A stretch of 64,000 bases of DNA from an uncultured bacterium (GTDB lineage: Bacteria; Patescibacteriota; Minisyncoccia; Phycocordibacterales; DATDWN01): contig CAIQCQ010000038.1 of assembly GCA_903870365.1 (NCBI GenBank), forward strand, positions 7,478-71,477, read 5' to 3'. How positions within the stretch are numbered: position 1 is the stretch's first letter; each line of letters opens with the position of its first letter. The notes beneath the pieces were generated by a model, which made no database searches, was not told the origin of the DNA, and saw only the letters and a list, made by a program, of their open reading frames with translations. Made by a program: the position numbers and the translations under genes. Shown here in pieces: positions 58,122 to 64,000 of the stretch.

Positions 58122-59369
58122 ATGTTAATAAAAGACGCTTTTAAAACAGCAACGCGGGCACTGACACATGGCAAGATGCGGTCTGTTTTGACTATGCTCG
58201 GTATCGTCATTGGTATAGCCTCGGTCATTATTCTCATGTCAATCGGCGCATCTGCCCAAGCTCTTATTCTCAACCAGGTCCAGGGTATTGGCTCAAACCT
58301 CGTATTTGTCATTCCTGGTGGCTCGACTTCGAGTAAATTTTCATCACCAGCTGCTGCTCAGGGTATTGTTATTAAAACACTGAAGCAAACTGATATTGAT
58401 AATCTCTCTCGCGAACCATCGATCGACGCAGTAACCGCCGAAGCCCGTGGGCAAGGTAAGGTTGTCTATGGAGAAAATGATGTGAATGTCACCTTTGATG
58501 GAGTACCAGCCAATTTCTTTACCGTCAGAAATTATGCCACCACTGATGGGTATCCCTTTAGTCAAAGTGATGTTGATTCATTTAATCACGTAGCAGTTAT
58601 TGGTTCGTCACTTGCAAAAACATTATTTAACAATCTCGAACCAGTTGGCAAAATGATTCGTTTGAACAATATTTCTCTACGCGTGGTCGGAGTGTTGGAA
58701 AGTAAGGGGACAGGGCCAGGTGGTGTAGATCAAGATAATATTGTTATGGTGCCAAATACGGTGGCCCAAAGCCAGCTACTCGGTACCGATTATTTTACTG
58801 ATATCGTGGTCTCGGCCAATGATGCCTATACTATTGATTTTGTTAAACAGCGTATTACTTCGGTCTTGCGCCAAGATCACACACTACAAACCACTGATCA
58901 AGACGATTTTACAATTGAGACACAGGCAGATATTTTGTCTATTTTGGGGACTATCACTTCAACACTGACACTTTTTTTGGCGGCTATTGCCTCAATCTCT
59001 CTTATCGTCGGTGGTATCGGTATTATGAATATTATGTTGGTCTCAGTGACCGAGCGAACTAAAGAGATTGGTTTGCGAAAAGCAGTGGGGGCGACGGACA
59101 GAGATATTTTAGAGCAATTTTTAATTGAATCAATTATCCTGACGTTAGTCGGCGGCCTTATTGGTATCGCTATCGGGGCATTTGTGGTGACCGCTTTGTA
59201 TTTAATTATAGCCACTTTTTTCTCGTCACTTGGATGGGTTTTTGAATTTCCCATTTCGGCAGTTGTTCTTGGTCTCCTTGTATCGGCTATCGCCGGGGTT
59301 GGCTTTGGTGTGTATCCCGCCCGCCAGGCTGGTAAGAAAAACCCTATAGATGCATTGCGCTACGAATAG
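58122..59369 (+). CDS. ABC permease, MacB/FtsX-like
   Basis: RSVLTMLGIVIG, VGGIGIMNIMLVSVTERTKEIGLRKAVGA, PIDALRYE. Confidence 0.94.
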   Translation: MLIKDAFKTATRALTHGKMRSVLTMLGIVIGIASVIILMSIGASAQALILNQVQGIGSNLVFVIPGGSTSSKFSSPAAAQGIVIKTLKQTDIDNLSREPSIDAVTAEARGQGKVVYGENDVNVTFDGVPANFFTVRNYATTDGYPFSQSDVDSFNHVAVIGSSLAKTLFNNLEPVGKMIRLNNISLRVVGVLESKGTGPGGVDQDNIVMVPNTVAQSQLLGTDYFTDIVVSANDAYTIDFVKQRITSVLRQDHTLQTTDQDDFTIETQADILSILGTITSTLTLFLAAIASISLIVGGIGIMNIMLVSVTERTKEIGLRKAVGATDRDILEQFLIESIILTLVGGLIGIAIGAFVVTALYLIIATFFSSLGWVFEFPISAVVLGLLVSAIAGVGFGVYPARQAGKKNPIDALRYE

Positions 59370-59379
59370 AACTGCTAAA

Positions 59380-59440
59380 TTTCACCGGTCTCATCGTCTA
59401 TATGTTGAAAAAGATTCTCGTCGTAGTGCTAACTACGCCA
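59380..59440. repeat. Truncated (one-armed) modular hairpin copy
   Basis: Reverse complement ggcgtag-ttagca-ctacgacgagaat...tagacgatgaga matches the right arm of the 33130 copy. Confidence 0.6.
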
Positions 59441-59496
59441 CAACTATGTGTGCGAGTGGTATAATGACATTGTTAGTAATTAAACTATAAAATTTT

Positions 59497-59763
59497 ATGG
59501 AAGGAACGCCTGAAAATAATTATCAAAAAAAGCAAGAGAATCCGGAAATAAATTTTCGTTTTGGTTCATACAAAAAAGGGGATATTGTTACCATTACATT
59601 TTCTGGTGGGGTAGAAGAGAAAGACTGGATATTATTTGGACGCCGAACAGATACCGGAGACGTCATCGTGACAAGACCACCTGGAGATACTCGCCAAATA
59701 ATGGAAAGAGAAATTCCATATGATGAGTTTATTAAAGCACAAAAAGAAAGTGCAAGTGAGTAA
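59497..59763 (+). CDS. Hypothetical protein
   Basis: 88-aa ORF downstream of a TG-TATAAT extended -10 near 59460. Confidence 0.6.
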   Translation: MEGTPENNYQKKQENPEINFRFGSYKKGDIVTITFSGGVEEKDWILFGRRTDTGDVIVTRPPGDTRQIMEREIPYDEFIKAQKESASE

Positions 59764-59786
59764 ACAATCCTAATACAGAAATTAAT

Positions 59787-60887
59787 TTAGAAATGTATTG
59801 TGAGTGGGCTACCGAGGCCAGTGACGTAATCATAGTGCGCGCGGGCGGTACATACGTATCCGCAATCACCATTAGTGCCACCGGTAATATCACGAAAATA
59901 TTTTGTTGCATTGGTGCCGGATTTGTCAGTATAAAAATTTGTATTGCTCGCGCCTGTGCCGAGTGTAGCAAGTGCTGCCCATTGCGGGGCACCAGCAGAA
60001 GTACCACCGACGGTATGCCAGACACCAAGGCGGATGATAGGGAAGCCGGATGCTGGGTCGGCGTTGTAGGACACATCAGGGATGGCACGCATGCCACCAC
60101 TTTTTGATATAGCGTACCCATGTTGAAAGTCTGGAGCTTTTTCGTAGACGCTAATTCCACCACCAGAGCCACTCCATGCAGTTTCTTTTTTGACACTTCC
60201 ATTTGTATTGAGTGATAGTGTAGTGCCACCAACTCCAATAACATATGGTGAGCTGGCTGGCCAGGACGCTCCAGTGCCATTGTCGCCGGATGAAGCAAAG
60301 AAGGTAATACCTGGTTTGTTGAAGTGTGAGTCCAGCGATATTTCTTCGGGGAATTCCGTCCCACCCCAACTCATGGAGACTACCACCACATCTTTTCGTG
60401 TGGCTGCGTAGTCAATAGCTTGTAAAAAGTTTGCTCCACTGGGCGTGGTAGCTTCGACGAGTAATATTTTTGCTGTCGGAGCAATGGCATGAGCCCACTC
60501 GGCATCGAGGGTGGTTTCCATATCCCACCCACTGTCATCTTTTTCTCCGCTGGTCATGGTGTGTTGTTCGAAACACCCATTTTTGGTGGTGCATGGAGGT
60601 AAGTTGAATTGTGTATCAAAATCTACCAAATCTTTTTCAATATGCGTATCATTGTATGCACCAATAATAGCGATGGTTCCATGACCACCAGTGGAGGGGA
60701 GGTTATATATATTTTTTATCTGACTTGGGGTGATACCAACAGGTGTTTTACTGGTATGATCGTAGGTGTGGATCGGTGGATTGCCACGGAAATCAGAAAA
60801 ATGATATGAGGCAAAAGTAAGAATTGGAAACAAGAAAAAAGAAAGAGAAGATATGAAATAGAGGCTGAAAAAAATGACTTTTTTCAT
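59787..60887 (-). CDS. Sedolisin-like S53 serine peptidase, secreted
   Basis: ETTLDAEW (E-x3-D), SMSWG, SSGDNG, VGGT, RAIPDVS, GGTSAGAP, YDYVTGLGSP. Confidence 0.92.
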   Translation of the reverse strand: MKKVIFFSLYFISSLSFFLFPILTFASYHFSDFRGNPPIHTYDHTSKTPVGITPSQIKNIYNLPSTGGHGTIAIIGAYNDTHIEKDLVDFDTQFNLPPCTTKNGCFEQHTMTSGEKDDSGWDMETTLDAEWAHAIAPTAKILLVEATTPSGANFLQAIDYAATRKDVVVVSMSWGGTEFPEEISLDSHFNKPGITFFASSGDNGTGASWPASSPYVIGVGGTTLSLNTNGSVKKETAWSGSGGGISVYEKAPDFQHGYAISKSGGMRAIPDVSYNADPASGFPIIRLGVWHTVGGTSAGAPQWAALATLGTGASNTNFYTDKSGTNATKYFRDITGGTNGDCGYVCTARAHYDYVTGLGSPLTIHF

Positions 60888-60928
60888 ACATTTACTATAC
60901 CACTTTTTTTTGCTAGGATGCTATGGTG

Positions 60929-61031
60929 ATCCTATTAGAGTTGTATCGCACTCTTTTATAGGACACACAATATTTTCGGCGGCCTAAGATTATCAGGAGT
61001 TAAAATAGGTTAATTAAAACTCTAACGGGAT
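60929..61031. repeat. CCCGTTAGA-type palindromic element
   Basis: atcctattagagtt ... aactctaacgggat. Confidence 0.6.
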
Positions 61032-61263
61032 GATGGCTAATTTTTTTGATTTCAATAATATGGGTTTTGTCAGTCTATTGGTTGTGTGGTCACTACCGTG
61101 GAAAGGTGTGGCTTTGTGGAAAGCAGCATGACTCGGTCAAAAGAAATGGTTTGTTGCATTGTTGATTGTAAATACATTGGGAATTTTGGAAGCATTGTAT
61201 ATTTTCCGTGTGGCGAGTAAATATGAAGTAGTGGAGATGAATAGTCATGAGTCAGTAGGATAG
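61030..61263 (+). pseudogene. DUF5652-like membrane protein interrupted by in-frame TGA
   Basis: WSLPWKGVALWKAA*LGQKKWFVALLIVNTLGILEALYIF, TGA at 61129-61131. Confidence 0.75.
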
Positions 61264-61288
61264 AAAATAAAATACTTGATAAATATAT

Positions 61289-61375
61289 GGATGAGTGGCC
61301 GAGTGGTTTAAGGCAACAGTCTTGAAAACTGTCGTGCTCGAAAGGGTACCGTGAGTTCGAATCTCACCTCATCCG
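61289..61375 (+). tRNA. tRNA-Ser(UGA)
   Basis: ggatgag/ctcatcc acceptor, loop ctTGAaa, long variable arm, T arm gtgag-ttcgaat-ctcac, G discriminator. Confidence 0.96.
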
Positions 61376-61669
61376 CATCTCAGATAAAGTAAGGTTTTTA
61401 GGTGATAAAGCGATAGGCATATAGATGTTTTTGAATTGCCATTGAGCCACATTTTGCTTTTCGATACTTGCGTTCGAAAGTAACTTTTTAAGCATAGTAC
61501 GTTTTTCTACATCATTAACAAGCAAATACTTTTCTGTGGCTCTACTAGACTCTAGAAAGACATCTTTGATCTGTTCGAGAGTAACTTGAGATACACCGCC
61601 TTTTGCCTGTATTTCAGCGATTTGGCTATTTAGTACAACTCTCTGATTCTCAATCTCGATAATTCTGGA
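61364..61669 (-). pseudogene. C-terminal remnant of a probable large serine recombinase
   Basis: Startless open frame SRIIEIENQRVVLNSQIAEIQ...EKRTMLKKLLSNASIE...SEMRMR*, stop codon inside the tRNA. Confidence 0.55.
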
Positions 61670-61675
61670 AACACT

Positions 61676-61951
61676 ATGCAGTTTGATTCTAGGACTGTCA
61701 CTAATGGAATTATAAGTGCTTATGATAACTCAATTAAATTTCAAAACTGGGGATTTACGACCACAGGTTCACTTCCGTATGGAAATTATTTTGTAACAAA
61801 TACAATAGATCATGGAAATTCCGGAGGTATAGCGATTTCAAAATATAATGGTAATTTGTGTGTACTTGGCATACCTACATGGCTAAACGCAGGAGTTAGT
61901 AATAATCAGGGTATAGTTCAAAATATTCAAAATGTTATGTACGTAAAATAA
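61676..61951 (+). pseudogene. C-terminal fragment of trypsin-like serine protease
   Basis: VTNGIIS, TNTIDHGNSGG catalytic-Ser motif; His/Asp half missing. Confidence 0.65.
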
Positions 61952-61958
61952 TCGAATA

Positions 61959-62687
61959 ATGAAAAATGATTTGGATGCGACAAAAGAAAAACTCATAGAA
62001 ATACTTAGTCAAGAAAAGGGATATTTTGGACGTGTGCGCACGTGGGGACAAAGACCAACAGAATATGAATACATAGGTTATGAGTTGACAGAAGATTTTT
62101 TACCCACTTTACAAAAAATATCTGACGAACAACGAAAGAATCTTGTGATGATAATGTATTATTTTGAGATGCACGTACATCCCCTTAGGGATTTATTGGA
62201 AACGAAACAAAAAAATCAACTTGATAAACTTTATTCTGAAATAGCGTGGTCTCATTTTATGACAGTTGTTATGTTTGGGATGTTAGAAATTGCAGTGAAA
62301 GGTGAAAGAGGTGTCTGGTTGGGTGAAAAAGGGAAGAAAATAAAGAAGTTTTTACAAGATAATTTATCAGATAAAATTAAAGAAGATATAGCTGAAAGAT
62401 ATAAGGTTGATAAAATTTTTGATTATAAAAAAGAAGTCAAGAGTTTTTCCGATGTCATTGATCATATGTGGTCTCAAATTAGGTCTGGATTTATTCATGA
62501 TGCAGGAATCGAATCAAAAGGCCTTGAGTGGAATACGTTTGAGGGAATTGGTACAAAAGAAAACCCGATAACCATTAGATCAGATGTGCCTATTCAAGAA
62601 TGGTTACAGATTACATGGCAAGCTATTTTAAATTCATATGGTTACAAAGGTTTATTAAAACTTCCGAAATACAAAAGAAATACCTAG
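61959..62687 (+). CDS. Putative HEPN-domain protein
   Basis: Helical protein with R-x4-H motif (IRSGFIHDA); AT-rich island cargo. Confidence 0.55.
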   Translation: MKNDLDATKEKLIEILSQEKGYFGRVRTWGQRPTEYEYIGYELTEDFLPTLQKISDEQRKNLVMIMYYFEMHVHPLRDLLETKQKNQLDKLYSEIAWSHFMTVVMFGMLEIAVKGERGVWLGEKGKKIKKFLQDNLSDKIKEDIAERYKVDKIFDYKKEVKSFSDVIDHMWSQIRSGFIHDAGIESKGLEWNTFEGIGTKENPITIRSDVPIQEWLQITWQAILNSYGYKGLLKLPKYKRNT

Positions 62688-62776
62688 TTACTACTATTAA
62701 GTGGAAAAAACCTATTTGATATGGTTTAATGACTGCATTACTAAAGCTATTCGGACATCGTCCCACACTCCCCGCA

Positions 62777-62962
62777 TTTTTGAACGCAGGGAAAAACTTT
62801 GGATGAAACAAAATTGAAGATTTTGTGTGTGAGATTAGAACGACGGAGCGATTCTTGGCTTAGTAAAGCCAAGACGCGAGTCGGTGCCCAGACCAAAAAT
62901 TTCTGACGAGAAATTTTTGAGTTGCGGGAGAAAAGCGTACTCGCGGTCTCACCTCATCCGCA
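62777..62962 (+). ncRNA. tRNA-Ser 3' trailer element (displaced by island)
   Basis: ggatga + aacaaa..tttgtgt + gtgagattagaac, core ggtgcccag, gggaga, ends in exact tctcacctcatccgca. Confidence 0.6.
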
Positions 62963-63027
62963 TTGTAGTAAAAAATTGAGAAGGAACTTTCGTCTAATCT
63001 CCACCGAAACTTAGTATACTTGTATAT

Positions 63028-63267
63028 ATGAAATCGCATAAAGACTTTACATGCATGGATTGCAAAAAAGATACATGGAATGAATACTACATGCTCTATA
63101 GTCGAGTATGGAAAAAAGCAAACCCGAAAATGAAAGGCAAACTTTGTATAAGTTGTGTAGAAGCTAGACTGGGCAGAAAATTAACAAAAAAAGATTTTAC
63201 CATATTGCTTGTTAATACAGAAAAAATCACAAGAAGCGCCCGGCTAAAAGACAGACTCGCAAATTAA
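63028..63267 (+). CDS. Small Cys-rich (zinc-finger-like) protein
   Basis: CMDC...YYML...VW...LCISCVEARLGRKL. Confidence 0.7.
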   Translation: MKSHKDFTCMDCKKDTWNEYYMLYSRVWKKANPKMKGKLCISCVEARLGRKLTKKDFTILLVNTEKITRSARLKDRLAN

Positions 63268-63349
63268 ATAGGTTCCAATTTCCATCCACAACCCCCCCCG
63301 CAAACAAAAACCCGAAAGGGTTTTTCTGTTATGTGGTATATTGGTAGTC

Positions 63350-63730
63350 ATGAAGAGAACTCTCGGTATTGATTATGGATCAAAACGTATTGGTGTTGCC
63401 CTGACAAACGAAGTGGGGGATTTTGCATTACCATACTCTGTAGTTCAGAATTCCAAAAATGTGATTGACGATATTTTGAAAATCTGTACAGAAAATAATA
63501 TTTCGAAAGTTGTCGTGGGGGAATCAAAGGACTTTGCAGGACGGGATAATGTCATCATGAAAAATATCAATACATTTGTTGGACAGTTACGAGAGCGAGA
63601 TATTGAAGTGGTCTTGCACCCTGAGTTTTTGACGTCTGCTCAAGCCGAACATATACAAGGGAAAAATGGTATGTTGGATGCGAGTGCTGCAGCCATTATC
63701 CTGCAGAGCTATATTGATACACATAAATAA
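63350..63730 (+). CDS. ruvX: RuvX/YqgF family nuclease
   Basis: LGIDYGSKRIGVA, VVVGES, EFLTS, DASAAAIILQSY. Confidence 0.92.
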   Translation: MKRTLGIDYGSKRIGVALTNEVGDFALPYSVVQNSKNVIDDILKICTENNISKVVVGESKDFAGRDNVIMKNINTFVGQLRERDIEVVLHPEFLTSAQAEHIQGKNGMLDASAAAIILQSYIDTHK

Positions 63731-63747
63731 TATATATTAGAAATACT

Positions 63748-64000
63748 ATGGAAAAAATAACCATTGACGATTTAAAGAAGATTGAAATAAAGATTGGTAA
63801 GATTATATCCGCCGAACCCATCGAAGGATCAGAGAAACTTTTGAAATTGATGGTAGATATGGGCGAGGAAACACCACGACAAATTTTGTCTGGTATTGCT
63901 AAACAATATTCTGATCTTACTAAACTCGTCGGTATTATGTGTGCTTTTGCCTCTAATCTGGAACCACGTGCCATGATGGGGTTGGAAAGTAATGGTATGC
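63748..64000 (+). CDS. tRNA-binding OB-fold protein (Trbp111/CsaA/MetG C-terminal-like), partial
   Basis: Manual translation MEKITIDDLKKIEIKIGKIISAEPIEGSEKLLKLMVDMGEETPRQILSGIA...NLEPRAMMGLESNGM. Confidence 0.9.
   Translation, partial: MEKITIDDLKKIEIKIGKIISAEPIEGSEKLLKLMVDMGEETPRQILSGIAKQYSDLTKLVGIMCAFASNLEPRAMMGLESNGM

Larger units (their letters stand above)
61376..62776. mobile_element. Decayed genomic island at tRNA-Ser
   Basis: Recombinase-like remnant, AT-rich cargo, degenerate tRNA 3'-end copy tcccacactccccgca at 62761-62776. Confidence 0.6.

Noticed and set aside
61129..61131. UGA recoding (genetic code 25) or suppression by the adjacent tRNA-Ser(UGA)
   Set aside because: Long genes are uninterrupted under code 11 and several end in TGA; anticodon UGA reads UCA, not the UGA codon.

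Overview
64-kb chromosomal segment spanning the replication origin of what looks like a Patescibacteria (CPR, Parcubacteria-like) genome. Basis: compact housekeeping genes, short YebC and YidC, Fe-S-less MutY, tRNA-Ile(UAU), tRNA-Arg(GCG), type IV pilins and a PrgI/VirB4 cluster. It contains yidC-rnpA-rpmH / dnaA-oriC-dnaN, many repair and recombination genes (recG, mutY, mutM, ruvABC, polA, holA, ruvX), a 14-kb T4SS-like cluster, three ABC systems, four tRNAs and a decayed island at tRNA-Ser. The most striking content is non-coding. (1) Three tRNA genes are each followed by a homologous ~170-190 nt trailer whose variable parts are an antisense copy and a direct copy of that same tRNA's 3' end. 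(2) About ten dispersed 70-200 nt hairpins share internal-loop motifs but have unrelated stems. (3) Inverted heptamer-repeat arms flank a four-helix-bundle (IVP/Avd-like) gene, recur empty at gene junctions and sit in-frame inside tsaE, mutM and others. (4) A CCCGTTAGA...TCTAACGGG palindromic element family includes one copy in-frame in mutY. All calls come from reading the sequence by eye; no searches or folding programs were run.
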